From contig CAWFQB010000002.1 of the NCBI GenBank assembly GCA_963817895.1, positions 352,001 to 416,000 of the forward strand: a DNA stretch of 64,000 bases, read 5' to 3'. Under the pieces are notes generated by a model that saw nothing but the letters and a program-made list of their open reading frames with translations, did not search any database and was not told the DNA's origin. The translations under genes were made by a program, and so were the position numbers. Source of the DNA: an uncultured Chthonomonadaceae bacterium. GTDB lineage: Bacteria > Armatimonadota > Chthonomonadetes > Chthonomonadales > Chthonomonadaceae. This document shows, one piece after another, positions 10,286-22,000 of the stretch. Positions within the stretch are counted from its first letter, which is position 1. Each line of letters begins with the position of its first letter.

Positions 10286-12118
10286 ATGATGGCGATGCGC
10301 GGCCCGGTTCCCACCGGCCCGAAAAAACCGATCAAGAAAGAAACGTTGGGGCGCGTGATGCGGACGTTTCGCCCCTATAAGCCGCAAGTAGGCCTGATTG
10401 TCGTGGCCGTCTTGATTTCCGCCACATTGGGACTGCTGCCGCCGTTTCTGCTGCAAAGAATCATCAACGACGGCCTGCTGGCGCGCCGTCTCGACCTGAT
10501 TGCCCGCTTTACCCTGATTACGCTTGGAGCGACGCTGGCGGGAACGGCTTTCGCGCTCGGCTATGGGTATCTGAGTATTCTTGTCGGGCAACGCATTATG
10601 CGCGACCTGCGCAACCAGCTTTATGACCATTTACAGGGCATGTCACTGCGGTTTTTCACCGGCACGCGCACGGGCGAAATCCAGTCCCGGCTTGCCAACG
10701 ATGTGGGCGGCGTTCAATCCGTCGTCAGCGACACAGCCGCCAATGTGCTTTCCAATCTGACGACTGTGCTGTCTACCCTTGTCGCCATGATTACGATGGA
10801 CTGGCGGCTAACGCTGCTTTCCGTCGGCATCCTGCCGGTTTTCGCCTTTATCGCCGCCAAAGTGGGGGACTACTCGCGGGGAATCCGGGGCAAAACGCAG
10901 GCGCAGCTTGCCGAACTCAACGCCACGATGCAGGAAACCCTTTCCGTTTCCGGGATACTGCTGACCAAAATCAGCGCCCGACAACGCCTCTCTCTCGAAC
11001 ACTTTGCCCGCGAAAACACCGCCCTGACCGAACTGCAAATCAAGCAGGCGATGGTGATGCGCTATTTCTTCAACCTCATCGGCCTGACGTTTTCCATTAC
11101 GCCTGTGCTTGTTTACTGGCTGGCCGGGTATCTCACCGTCGCGCATAATGACCCGCGCCTCAACATCGGAACCATTGTCGCGTTTACCGCATTGCAGGCG
11201 CGTCTGTTCTTTCCGCTGACCGGACTGCTCAACGTGCAGGTGGAAGTGACCAGCGCGATGGCCCTGTTCGACCGCATTTTCGAGTACATGGACGTGCCGC
11301 AGGACATTCAGGACGCGCCGGATGCCATAACCATAGAGGCAAAGGACGTTCGGGGCAATGTGGCGTTTGAAAACGTGGGCTTCCGGTATGAGAAGGAGCA
11401 GGCGGAACCCACACTGACAGACGTATCCTTTACCGCCCGTTCGGGGGAACTGATCGCGCTTGTGGGAACGTCGGGCGCGGGCAAAACCACTTTAACGTAC
11501 CTGATACCGCGTTTGTACGATGTAGAATCGGGCCGCGTGACGATTGACGGGCAGGACGTTCGCAAAATTAAAATGGAATCGCTGAGCCGGATTGTGGGCA
11601 TGGTCACGCAGGAAACCTATCTCATCCACGACACCATTGCCGCCAACCTGCGCTATGGCCGCCCGGAAGCCACCGATGCCGAACTGGAATCCGCCGCCCG
11701 CGCCGCCGCCATTCACAACCACATTGCCGGCCTGCCCGAAGGCTATAATACGATTGTTGGCGAACGGGGCTACAAACTGTCCGGGGGAGAAAAGCAGCGC
11801 ATCGCCATTGCCCGCGCCATCCTGAAAAATCCCCGTATTCTGATTCTGGACGAAGCTACCAGCGCCCTTGATACCCAATCCGAGCGCCTGATTCAATCCG
11901 CTCTCGAACCCCTTATGGCGGGACGCACCACGTTCGCCATCGCGCACCGCCTGTCCACCATCCTCGCCGCCGACCTGATTCTCGTCATGGAACACGGGCA
12001 AATCGTCGAGCGCGGAACCCATCCCGAACTCCTCTCCCAAAATGGAGCCTACTCCCGCCTGTATGCCGCCCAGTTCCAGAACATGGAACAACAGACTGCC
12101 AGCTACGCCCCACAGTAA
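10286..12118 (+). CDS. ABC exporter, fused permease/ATPase (MsbA/MdlB-like)
   Basis: TM domain plus GTSGAGKT, LSGGEKQR, LDEATS and IAHRLST motifs. Confidence 0.93.
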   Translation: MMAMRGPVPTGPKKPIKKETLGRVMRTFRPYKPQVGLIVVAVLISATLGLLPPFLLQRIINDGLLARRLDLIARFTLITLGATLAGTAFALGYGYLSILVGQRIMRDLRNQLYDHLQGMSLRFFTGTRTGEIQSRLANDVGGVQSVVSDTAANVLSNLTTVLSTLVAMITMDWRLTLLSVGILPVFAFIAAKVGDYSRGIRGKTQAQLAELNATMQETLSVSGILLTKISARQRLSLEHFARENTALTELQIKQAMVMRYFFNLIGLTFSITPVLVYWLAGYLTVAHNDPRLNIGTIVAFTALQARLFFPLTGLLNVQVEVTSAMALFDRIFEYMDVPQDIQDAPDAITIEAKDVRGNVAFENVGFRYEKEQAEPTLTDVSFTARSGELIALVGTSGAGKTTLTYLIPRLYDVESGRVTIDGQDVRKIKMESLSRIVGMVTQETYLIHDTIAANLRYGRPEATDAELESAARAAAIHNHIAGLPEGYNTIVGERGYKLSGGEKQRIAIARAILKNPRILILDEATSALDTQSERLIQSALEPLMAGRTTFAIAHRLSTILAADLILVMEHGQIVERGTHPELLSQNGAYSRLYAAQFQNMEQQTASYAPQ

Positions 12119-12168
12119 ATTTAACATACGAATATAGAAATCGTAGTTGATGTGTTAATAAACTCACA

Positions 12169-12197
12169 TTGACTTTATCTACGTCTTGCGATATAAT
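12169..12197 (+). promoter_or_regulatory. Sigma70-type promoter upstream of the DyP gene
   Basis: TTGACT-N17-TATAAT in an AT-rich intergenic region. Confidence 0.65.
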
Positions 12198-12282
12198 CCT
12201 TTTGCGTTCGGACGGATTATATATTGAAAACCTTACATCTGACAAAAAATATATAAATGCGTTCGTATAACAGGAGAACAGG

Positions 12283-13875
12283 ATGACATTCGATGGAGCT
12301 GGCATCAATCTGGAAAATATCCAGGGAAACATTCTCGGCGGTTTCTTGAAAGACCATCGCGAGATGTTGTTTGTAAACTTTTCGGACCCGGAGGGCGGGC
12401 GGGAATGGCTGGACGAGATGGCGGACAATATCTCCACCAGCGAAGAGGTGATCGCCTTCAACAAGCTGTTCAAGCTGATTCGCGCCAAAAAGGGGATGGA
12501 GGGCGTTGTCAAGGCGACGTGGACCAATATCGCGTTTACGTATTCCGGCCTACAGGCGCTTGGCATTTCGGACTACTACCTGAATCAGTTTCCCGATTCG
12601 TTCAAGCAGGGGATGGCGGCGCGGGCCAACCTGCTCGGCGATACCGGGCCAAGCGCGCCGGATCAGTGGGTGGGGCCGTTCGGCGACGCTGAACGCGGCG
12701 TTCATGCGGTGCTGATTGTCGAGGCGGATGATCCCCGCGATCTGGCGGAAGCGATTGAAGAGTATCAGGACATGATGGAGGAAAACGGCACGGTCAGCAT
12801 CGTCTTCGAGCAGTTCGGCGCGACGCTTCCCGAACCGCTTACCGGCCACGAGCATTTCGGTTTCAAGGACGGCGTTTCGCAGCCGGCCATTCGGGGCATT
12901 GACACGCCGGACGACCCGCAAAATCCCAATCAGGGGCATCCCGGCCAGGACATGCTGCATCCGGGCGAGTTCGTACTGGGCTACGCCACGCAGATCGGCG
13001 AACCGGCGCAGGGCGTGGACGGCCCCAACCCCAATCCGGGTACGCGCAGCGTCAGCGGCCCGCCCTGGACTAAGGAGGGTTCGTATCTCGTGTTCCGGCG
13101 ACTCGGCCAGAACGTGAAGGCCTTTCGGGAGAATGTGGAGTATCTGGCGAACGTGTCCTGCATCGAGGGCGCGACCGCTGACTTAATCGGCGCGAAAATG
13201 GTGGGCCGGTATCGCAGCGGCTGCCCGATGGAGCAACTGAAAAGTCAAACCGGAGAGTATACGCCCCCCTGCGTTGATCCCGGCATCGCCCACCCGCAGT
13301 CCGGTGACGACAATGCCATCAACAACTTCTTCGAGTATGGCGATGATCCTCTGGGCAACAACGTGCCACGCGCCGCGCACATTCGCAAGGCGTATCCGCG
13401 CGACCAGAGTGGAACCAAAGCAAGCGGCACGGACACGGAGAGCCGGACGCAAACGCACCGCCTGCTGCGGCGCGGCCTGCCTTACGGCGCTCCCTATGCG
13501 CCGGGGACCGAGGGCGGGGAAGAGGGGGATGAGCGCGGCCTGCTGTTCCTGTGCTACCAGAAGAGCATTGAAGACCAGTTCGAGTTTGTGCAGCGGGCGT
13601 GGGTGAATGACGCCAACTTCCCGTGCGCGGACGCGAAGGACTTCAAGGACGAGGACGGAAACCCGCTGTATCCGAACGGCCAGAATACCGCCGGGGATGG
13701 CGAAGACCCGATCATCGCCACGAGCGCGAGCGGCACGTTCCTGATAACGGACAGGAGCTGTGACGAGCGCGTAGACAACCTGACGCACTTCGTCACGACA
13801 ACGGGCGGCGACTACTTCTTCTCGCCCTCGATTTCCACGCTGATGGAGATCGCCGCCGACATGTACGACGCTTGA
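12283..13875 (+). CDS. DyP-type (dye-decolorizing) heme peroxidase
   Basis: IQGNIL, EHFGFKDGVSQP (GxxDG), AHIRKAYPRD (proximal His), LLRRG (distal Arg), QFEFVQ and GGDYFFSPS motifs. Confidence 0.92.
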   Translation: MTFDGAGINLENIQGNILGGFLKDHREMLFVNFSDPEGGREWLDEMADNISTSEEVIAFNKLFKLIRAKKGMEGVVKATWTNIAFTYSGLQALGISDYYLNQFPDSFKQGMAARANLLGDTGPSAPDQWVGPFGDAERGVHAVLIVEADDPRDLAEAIEEYQDMMEENGTVSIVFEQFGATLPEPLTGHEHFGFKDGVSQPAIRGIDTPDDPQNPNQGHPGQDMLHPGEFVLGYATQIGEPAQGVDGPNPNPGTRSVSGPPWTKEGSYLVFRRLGQNVKAFRENVEYLANVSCIEGATADLIGAKMVGRYRSGCPMEQLKSQTGEYTPPCVDPGIAHPQSGDDNAINNFFEYGDDPLGNNVPRAAHIRKAYPRDQSGTKASGTDTESRTQTHRLLRRGLPYGAPYAPGTEGGEEGDERGLLFLCYQKSIEDQFEFVQRAWVNDANFPCADAKDFKDEDGNPLYPNGQNTAGDGEDPIIATSASGTFLITDRSCDERVDNLTHFVTTTGGDYFFSPSISTLMEIAADMYDA

Positions 13876-14109
13876 CGCGCCGGTAAACAGCCATACGCAT
13901 AGCCGCCGACAAATTGATGATGGTTCGGCGGCTCTGATAGCCGGGGCTGTTACGGTACTCAGCAGAATAGGAACGGCTGCGCCATTCACCTGTGCGCCAT
14001 AAGCAAGGTTGGTTCGGCTGCCATAGCGGTCTTGAATGTAGTTACATGCTCGTCACCTGCGCGGGAACTAGTGGGTCAGTTGTCACGCTGAGGAACAAAT
14101 ACAAACGGG

Positions 14110-14870
14110 CTATTCCTTGCTCTGCCAACGCCTGCGCACCGGTCGGCGAGTAAAGGCGCGGCTACCGCCGAGCTTATGGCGCTCCCGAAACCGTTGCCGC
14201 CGCTGCCAGCGTTTGCCGCCCCATTCAAACGGCGTCGGATCGGCATTCCAGCCGCGTACCGTAGCAGCCAACCATTCCCGAATCTGTTCCGAACTTTCGG
14301 GATGTTGCCCCGAAAGCGCACGGCGTACCAGGATACGCTGAATGGCTTCGGCCATGTTGAGCCAGGAACCGCCCAGGGGCGTATATAAAAGAAGGATGCC
14401 GTGCTGAGTACACCATTCTACGATTTCGGGCGTGTAGTGGCCGGCCAGATTGTCCCAGATCAGGATCAGGCGCACCAGCGGTCCCAAGCCATCGGCAAAA
14501 GCGGAGGCGGGAAAGCCCCAATCCACCCAATGCCGGCCCCAACCGCTTTGTGCTTCGGGAGGCAAATTCGGGAGGGCGTCGAGAATAGCGCTCAACTCCT
14601 GCTTGAGCCAGGGATGCAGGATCGCATTGGTCGCTTGCTCGACAGGCAAAGCGCGTACCTGACCGCTTTTGGGATGAAACAGTGTCAGCAACTTGGCCGT
14701 GCCCTGCCGAATATACTCGTGCGGCTGACAAGCCGGCTTGCCTTCGGGTTGCCAACTGGCTCCTGGCTGTGGAATGGCTTGGTAGGGTCCGGCTTCGTCC
14801 TGGTTCCAGACGGGAATGCCCGCCTGTTCCGCGCAAGTGTACGCCTGCTCGATCAGCCCCTTTTTAGGTC
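14110..14870 (-). CDS. IS630 transposase DDE part (orfB), joined to orfA by a -1 frameshift
   Basis: QDEAGP, WDNLAGH and SWLNMAE form the DDE triad; AAAAAGGGG at the ORF overlap. Confidence 0.85.
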
Positions 14871-15410
14871 GGCTTCGGGATCCTGTACGGTTGCGACGCC
14901 TTCTTTGCGCTTGCGTTGCACGGTTCCCGTGTGACACCAGGTGCGGCTTTGCTGCCAAGAATAGCCCGCCTGGTGGAGGGTTTGCAGGATGACATAGGTG
15001 CTCACCTTCGGCAGACCATCCGGGGCACGGCGCAAGGCGCGCTGCAACGTCGTCAACGACCAAGTAGCCGTTCCGTCTTTTTCCCGGTCAGGCGGACGAG
15101 CAAACTCTTGGAGGATGCGGGCTTGCTCCTCAGAGCCGTAGGCAAGCGCCGGACCACCGCCGTGATGTCCGGCCACGGCTGGCATGCCTTCCTGATTGAA
15201 CCGGCGTACCAGGCGGGCAACCGCTTGACGCGAGGTGCGTCCGGCTTGGTGAGCCGCTTGTCCAAAAGACTGGCCCTCCGCAACGGCCAGAAGTTCCTTC
15301 GCGCGGGCAATGCGATCTGCCGGAGCGCTGCGCGAACGGGCCAGAGCCGAGAGTTCTGTGCGCTCGGCCTGCGTTAATGGTCGTAACGGTTCTTTCGGTG
15401 GACGTGCCAT
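14853..15410 (-). CDS. IS630 transposase N-terminal HTH part (orfA)
   Basis: [12 protein letters not shown]...RA..LLAVAEG...[19 protein letters not shown]. Confidence 0.85.
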   Translation of the reverse strand: MARPPKEPLRPLTQAERTELSALARSRSAPADRIARAKELLAVAEGQSFGQAAHQAGRTSRQAVARLVRRFNQEGMPAVAGHHGGGPALAYGSEEQARILQEFARPPDREKDGTATWSLTTLQRALRRAPDGLPKVSTYVILQTLHQAGYSWQQSRTWCHTGTVQRKRKEGVATVQDPEADLKRG

Positions 15411-15535
15411 GCTCCTTCTCCTGCGGGAGCCAATGCGCTCCACGCAACAGAAGTGACGAGGCAAAAACCGAGTTTGTTCCTCAGCGTGGCAACTGACCCA
15501 CTAGTGCATCTTTAACAAAGTGTTGGTGAAACTCC

Positions 15536-15616
15536 GTAGGGCAGGGGCTTGCCCCCTGCCGACAAGGCTACCGTAAACGCAACTCTGTATCGGCAGGGGG
15601 CAAGCCCCTGCCCTAC
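15536..15616. repeat. GTAG-type REP doublet (REPIN-like)
   Basis: Perfect 27-bp inverted pair gtagggcaggggcttgccccctgccga (15536-15562) / tcggcagggggcaagcccctgccctac (15590-15616); each arm has an internal hairpin. Confidence 0.85.
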
Positions 15617-15759
15617 ACTGCATCATTGTTAAGATTGCACCAGGCTCAAACCGGACACGCTTTGCGCCCGAACCGCCTGCATATTTCCCAACCCGCACAG
15701 CAGCAGCACAACCGCAAGCAGACGCAGATGGACGCCCATCTTATACATGTAAAATCGCA

Positions 15760-16015
15760 ATGATAGCGACGCATGAATCGGCGAAACTGAAACACCTGGG
15801 TGTGATTGAAGGGCATACGGACAGCCGCCCGCTCAGCGGCAGAAACGGCTATTCCAACTGGGAACTGTCCACAGATCGCGCCAACGTCGCCCGTCACGCG
15901 ATGGAAGAGCATGGCATGACGCAGGCGCAGGTGATTGCCGCGCGGCTATGCGGATCGCAAACTGCTGCACCCGGAAGACCCCACGCAGTTTTCCAACCGC
16001 CGCGTGAGCATGCGG
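15760..16015 (+). pseudogene. motB: Remnant of the MotB/OmpA-like C-terminal peptidoglycan-binding domain
   Basis: IEGHTDSRP...SNWELSTDRANVAR, then in a shifted frame RGYADRKLLHPEDP..FSNRRVS; no N-terminal TM part and no motA. Confidence 0.7.
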
Positions 16016-16338
16016 GCTGTCAGGTTGGCGCCGGCCCAACACAGGGCGGGACTGACAAGTATTGCTCTGACGGCAGATGACGAATCTACCGGAGGATGTG
16101 TCGAAGCAACATAAGAGATATGTGGAGGATGTGTCAAGGCAGCAAACGCGAGAAGGAACCACCCCCATAAGAAACAGGCAATGCAGCTTGCCGATGCCTG
16201 TTCCCACCCCCTCCAGTTTCACGAAAGGAACGCCGCATATCGCGCATACAGAGAAGAATCGTGGATTGGTAAGAGGAGTTGGCAGGGGCGGGCGCGAATG
16301 TACATTCAGGCTGCAAACCCGAAGATTTTGCGAAATGG

Positions 16339-18978
16339 ATGAAAACGCGCATGGATTTCCCGACCGGCACTGTCACGCTGGCCTTTACCGATATAGAGGG
16401 TTCCTCCGAACTGTCGGAACGGCTGCAAATCGCCTTTGAGCCAACGCGGGAAACCCATTTTCGCCTGCTGCGCGAAAGCGCGACGCGCTGGAACGGGCTG
16501 GAAGTCGGAACCGCAGGCGATAGCCTCTTCCTCGTCTTTGTCCGCGCTGCCGACGCCGCGCAGTGGGCGGTGGACGCGCAAAAGGCGCTGTTCGCCTACG
16601 CCTGGCCTCCTGACGTGGGAACGCTCAAAGTGCGCATGGGAGTGCACACGGGCGAACCCTATCCCCACGAGGACGCGGGCAAGCCCAACTACTTCGGCCC
16701 TGCCGTGAATCGCGCCGCCCGCGTCATGGGCGCGGGGCATGGCGGACAGATACTCCTTTCCGAACCCGCCCGCGCTCTTGCCCTTTCCGCCCTGCCCTCC
16801 GACATTACTTTTCAGGATATGGGAACGCACCGGCTCAAAGGCGTGGGCGAAGAGCGGCTGTGGCAGGTGACAACTCCCGACCTGCCCGCCGAGTTCCCGC
16901 CCCTCCACACCCTCAACCCTGCCCGCCACAACCTGCCGCCTGCCCCGACCCCCTTCCTCGGACGCGAAAAAGAGATTGCCGACTGGCAGGCGCGGCTTAC
17001 CGGCGAAGCGCGGAATTCTGCCGAATCGAACACAGGTGATGCCCCTCCCCAAACGCGCCTGCTGACGCTGACCGGTTTTGGCGGCATGGGCAAAACCCGC
17101 GCCGCCCTCCATCTCGCCGAATTGTGCGTGGAACGGTTTGAACAGGGCGTATGCTGGATTGAATTGGAGGACGCTCGCTCGCCCGACGAGTTGTATCTGA
17201 AAGTGGCGCAGTCCCTGAAGTTCGACCTGCGCTCCGACAATCCCCTGCGTGAACAGAGTTTCGCGTTTTTATCCGAACGGGAAATGCTGCTCGCGCTCGA
17301 CAATTGCGAACAAATTACCGGCATCGCCGCGTTTGCAGCCGACCTGCTCAAAGCCGCCCCGAAAATTTCCCTGCTCGTCACGTCCCGCGCCGCCCTCGAC
17401 GCGCAGGCGGAAACCGTTGTTGAACTCCGCCCGTTCCCCCTCGAAGACGCCGAGCGGTTGTTTGTGGAACGCGCCCGCGCCCGCCGTGACGATTTTGCCC
17501 TCACGCCCGAAAACGCCGCAGACATCACCGCCCTGTGTCAGGGACTGGAGGGCGTCCCCCTCGCCCTCGAACTCGCCGCCGCCCGCATCACCGCCCTGAC
17601 GCCCCGCCAGATGCTGCCGCGTTTACAGGAGCGGTTCCGGCTGCTGCAAACCCGCGCCCCCGACCTGTCGCCCCGTCAAAGCGCCCTCCATGCCGCCATT
17701 GACTGGTCCTACGACCTGCTGGCGCAGGAGGAGCGGGACGTGTTCGCGCAGTTGGGAGTCTTCGCCGGCGGTTTTACCCTGGAAGATGCTGAAGTCGTGT
17801 GCGAGGGCCTGGATGTGTTCGCAAGCGTGGTGGAACTGCGGCGCCACTCCTTTTTCGGCGTGGAAACGGACAGGCAAACGCAGCAAGACCGGTACATCAT
17901 GCTGGAAAGTCTGCGGGCGTATGCGCAGGAACGGCTTGCGGAGCGTTCGGATGCAGCGGTCACGCGGCAGAGTCATGCCGGATATTTCGCCTGGTTCGGC
18001 AGCGAACGCATGGCGTTGTTCCGGCAGGCGGGCGAAGCCAACGCCCTGCGGGAACTAACCCGCAATCTCGCCAACCTGCGGGGCGGCCTGGAATGGGCGC
18101 GGAGCGCGGAACGGCTTCCGCTAATCGCCGAACTCGCCCTGATTGTGGGCGTCGCGCTGGCGCGTAGCGGCTACATCGCGCAGGCGGCAGCGCCGGTACA
18201 GGAGGGATTGGACGCGCTTTCCGCCCTGCCTGATCCCCCGGACAGCCTGATGCTGGAATTGCTGCTGGAACGGGCGGGGCTGCATCTGGACCAGAAAGAA
18301 GCGCAGGCCGCGCGGGAACTGGCGCAGCAAGCGTGTCTGCGAGCGCAAACGGTAGGGGATGTCCGCAATCAGGCCCGCGCGGAAAACCTGCTCGGACGCG
18401 CCGCGTATGCCGGGGATGATTTCGACGGGGCGCGGCAGCGCTATCAGAACGCGCTGGCATTGGCGACAGCGGCAAAGCGCCCGATTCTGGAAGGCATCGT
18501 TCGCAACAACCTGGGATTGCTGGAACACCGCGACCCGAATGGCAATCAGGATCAGTCTCAGGAGCATTTGCGGCAGGCACTGGCCCTGCGACGCGCCCAC
18601 AACGACCGGCGCGGGCAGGCCGAAACGCTCAACAATCTGGGCCTGCTCGCTTTTGAAAGCAAGGATTGGGAAGCCGCCTGGAACTATTACGCCGAAGCCC
18701 TGCAACGGGAACAAGAACTGCGGCACATTTTCGGCGTCGCCTACGTCCTGTCCAACATGGGAGAAACAGCCGGGGAAAAGGACGAAATAGAACGCGCCTG
18801 CCGCCTGTTCGCCGTATCCGAGCGCCTGCTGCTCGACGTAAACTCCCACCTGTCGCCGGCCGTGTCCGAATACCTGACACAGTTCGCCGCTCGGTGTTCC
18901 CGCGCGAAAGAAACGTTTCAGGAAGACATTAACGGCCTGTCCTTTGAGCAAATGCTGTCCTACGCCTGCGCCGCGTGA
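16339..18978 (+). CDS. Class III nucleotide cyclase + STAND (AfsR/NB-ARC-like) ATPase + TPR protein
   Basis: FTDIEGS/AGDS/VRMGVHTG/GPAVNRAAR cyclase; GFGGMGKT Walker A, LDNCEQ Walker B, TSR, GVPLALELAA; C-terminal TPRs. Confidence 0.9.
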   Translation: MKTRMDFPTGTVTLAFTDIEGSSELSERLQIAFEPTRETHFRLLRESATRWNGLEVGTAGDSLFLVFVRAADAAQWAVDAQKALFAYAWPPDVGTLKVRMGVHTGEPYPHEDAGKPNYFGPAVNRAARVMGAGHGGQILLSEPARALALSALPSDITFQDMGTHRLKGVGEERLWQVTTPDLPAEFPPLHTLNPARHNLPPAPTPFLGREKEIADWQARLTGEARNSAESNTGDAPPQTRLLTLTGFGGMGKTRAALHLAELCVERFEQGVCWIELEDARSPDELYLKVAQSLKFDLRSDNPLREQSFAFLSEREMLLALDNCEQITGIAAFAADLLKAAPKISLLVTSRAALDAQAETVVELRPFPLEDAERLFVERARARRDDFALTPENAADITALCQGLEGVPLALELAAARITALTPRQMLPRLQERFRLLQTRAPDLSPRQSALHAAIDWSYDLLAQEERDVFAQLGVFAGGFTLEDAEVVCEGLDVFASVVELRRHSFFGVETDRQTQQDRYIMLESLRAYAQERLAERSDAAVTRQSHAGYFAWFGSERMALFRQAGEANALRELTRNLANLRGGLEWARSAERLPLIAELALIVGVALARSGYIAQAAAPVQEGLDALSALPDPPDSLMLELLLERAGLHLDQKEAQAARELAQQACLRAQTVGDVRNQARAENLLGRAAYAGDDFDGARQRYQNALALATAAKRPILEGIVRNNLGLLEHRDPNGNQDQSQEHLRQALALRRAHNDRRGQAETLNNLGLLAFESKDWEAAWNYYAEALQREQELRHIFGVAYVLSNMGETAGEKDEIERACRLFAVSERLLLDVNSHLSPAVSEYLTQFAARCSRAKETFQEDINGLSFEQMLSYACAA

Positions 18979-19011
18979 GGGGCCTTGAAGCCCCCGCAAG
19001 GAGAAAAACTG

Positions 19012-22000
19012 ATGAAACTGCGGACTCGTTTCCTGATGACAACAGCGCTGCCCCTGTGTCTGCCGCTTGCCGTGTTGCCGTCGGTTCATGCGCAGACGCC
19101 TCCTGCGACTGCCGCGCAAGCGCCGCCTGTGGCTGCCCTGTCCGAGGCGCAGCAGGAGGCTAAGGCGGCGGAAATCATCGGTCTGCTGACCGCCGCGTTA
19201 TCTGCCAGAACCGCGCATCACTGGGATGAGGCGCTGCAAGCCTACAACAAAGGGCTGGCGCTGGCCCGCGAACTTCAGAATAAAAGCATCGAAGCGTCTA
19301 TGCTGACCGGTATGAGCAATGTTTACGACAGCATGGGCAAGACGCAGCAGGCTTTAGAAGCCTACAGGCAAGCCGGGGCGTTGGAACATTCAAGCGGAAA
19401 TAAACGCGGCGAAGCGATGGCGCTGAACGTGGTTGGCAATTTCCACGTCAAACTCAATCAATTCCAGCAAGCCCTGGACTCCTACCGGCAAGCGCTGCCA
19501 TTGTACACAGAAGCGGGCGACAAGAAAAACGCGGCGGTCACGCTGACCCTGATGGGCCATGCCTGCAACAAACTCAATCAGCCACAGCAAGCCTTAGACG
19601 CTTACATGCAGTCGCTGCCGCTGCGCAAAGAAGCGAACGACAAAAGCGGCGAAGCCGCCACAATGACCTTCATCGGTCGAGCCTATACCCATACCGCGCG
19701 TCCTCAGCAAGCCCTGGACGCCTTCTCGCAAGCCGTGTTGTTGTACCATGCTCTTGGAGATAAAAGCAGCGAAGCTACGCTGCTGCAGGAGAGCGGCGAT
19801 ATTTACAAAGCGCTGGGCCAGCCGCAGAAAGCCCTAGACTTTTACAATCAAGCCCTGCCATTGCGCAAAGCAAGCGGGGACAAGAGCGACGAAGCTGTGA
19901 CGCTTAACAAAATCGGACAGGTCTACGATAAACTTGGTCAGCCGCAAAAAGCCCTGGATGCCTACAATCAAGCCTTGGAGTTGCGTAAAGCAAGCAACGA
20001 TACAGATGGCGAAGCCACTGCGTTGAGCAACATCGGCTCGGTTTATACGGGCATCGGGCAGTCGCAGAAAGCCCTGGACTTCTACAATCAAGCCCTGACA
20101 TTGCAAACGGCGGCGGGAAACAAGCGCGGCGCAGCCACTACCCTCAGTAACATCGGCGTGGCTTATGACCACCTGGGGCAGCCTCAGAAAGCCCTGGATT
20201 CCTACAATCAGGTCTTGACGCTGCGTAAACAGATCGACGACACCAACGGGCAAGCGTCCACGCTCAACAACATCGGCCATGTGTACGACGGACTCGGACA
20301 GCCGCAAAAAGCCTTGGACTTCTACAATCAGGCCCTGCCGCTCTACAAAGCCGCCGGCGACAAAGACGGCGAAGCCACCGCGCTCAATAATATTGGCAGC
20401 GTCTACGACAGCATCAGCCAGCCACCCAAAGCCCTTGATTTCTACAACCAGGCTCTAACGCTGGAAAAGCAGATCGACGACAAGCGCGGCCAGTCCACAA
20501 CGTTGAGCAACATCGGCCATGTGTACGACAACACCGGCCAAACACAACAAGCCATAGACGCCTACAATCAAGCCCTGCCCCTGTCTAAACAGGTGGGAAA
20601 CAAGATCGGGGAAGCGGCCGCGCTCAACAACCTCGGCACGGTCTACCTGCGCACCGGTCAGCCGCAAAAAGCCCTGGACTTCTTCAATCAAGCCCTGCCG
20701 TTGTTACAGGCGGCCCATGACAGGCGCGACGAAGCCGTGATGCTCAACAACATAGGCAATGTTTACGACAAACTTGGTCAGCCGCAAAAAGCCCTGGTTT
20801 TCTACAACAAATCCCTGTTGATTCATAAACAAATCAACGATAGAAACGCCATTGCGTCCACGCTCAACAACATCGGCACGATTAACGATCACACCGGCCA
20901 GCCGCAGCAAGCCCTGGAAGCCTACAATCAAGCCTTGCCGATGTTGCAGGCAACGGGCAACAAAAAAGGCGAAGCGACCACGCGCAACAACATCGGCCAG
21001 GTTTATGATCACCTGGGCCAGCCGCAAAAATCTTTGGATTTCTACAATCAGGCTCTGGCGCTGGAAAAAGTTGTGGGAAATAAGATCGGCGAAGCCACCA
21101 GACTCTGAGCAACATCGGCACGGTTTACGACAAACTTGGTCAGACGCAGAAAGCCTTAGATTTCTTCAATCAGGCGCTGCCATTGCATAAACAGGTCAGC
21201 GATAAGAGCGGCGAAGCTACGACTCTGACCAACATCGGCACGGTTTATATTGATAGCGGCCAGCCGCAAAAGGCTCTGGAGTTCTTCGCGCAAGCCCTGC
21301 TGTTGTTACGGGCTGCCAAAAACAAAAGCGATGAAGCGACCGTACTCAACAACATCGGCCATGTTTACGACAATATCGGTCAATCTCAGAAAGCCCTCGA
21401 TTTCTTCAATCAGGCTCTGCCCCTGCATAAAGAGGTGGGCGACCGGGACGGCGAGGCAACCACGCTCACCAATATCGGTCACATTTACGACAACATCAAG
21501 CAGCGGCAGAAAGCTCTGGATGTTTACAATCAAGCCCTGCCTATCTTTCGCACGATTGCAAGCAAGCGCGGCGAAGCCGTCACGCGCAACAACATCGGCC
21601 AAATTTATGACCACCTGAAGCAGCCGCAGAAAGCCCTGGATTTTTACAATCAAGCCCTGCGCCTGCATAAGGAGATCAGCGATAAGAGCGGCCAGGCGAC
21701 CGCGACCAACAACATCGGCGGCATTTACGACACTATGGGCCAACCGCAGAAAGCCTTAAACTTCTACAATCAAGCGCTGTCGCTGCAACGGGAAGTCGGC
21801 GACAAGGGCAGCGAAGCGGATGAGTTGAGCAACATCGGCTTGATTTACCGGAAGCAGCGCAATCTGAAGTCGGCAGAACGCGCCCTGGAACAGTCCGTCG
21901 CGCTGACGGAAACCATTCGGGAAAATCTGGGGGGGCTGTCCGCCTCGAAGGTAGCGTATCTGGAAAGCGAACTGGGCAATTACTCCTTTTATGCCGACGT

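Larger units (their letters stand above)
14071..15501 (-). mobile_element. IS630-family insertion sequence, complete (~1.43 kb)
   Basis: Terminal inverted repeats gtgggtcagttgtcacgctgaggaacaaa / tttgttcctcagcgtggcaactgacccac (1 mismatch); flanking TA duplication within CTAG at both ends. Confidence 0.92.

Noticed and set aside
12283..13875. DyP as encapsulin cargo
   Set aside because: No encapsulin gene nearby and no GSLxIGSL-like C-terminal targeting peptide
17960..19119. Long minus-strand ORFs opposite the STAND/TPR genes, and similar ones elsewhere
   Set aside because: Shadow ORFs expected in high-GC DNA; the opposite strand carries recognisable proteins
19700..21850. 120-bp periodic repeats as a possible CRISPR array
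   Set aside because: They are coding TPR units with codon-level variation, with no repeat-spacer structure and no cas genes
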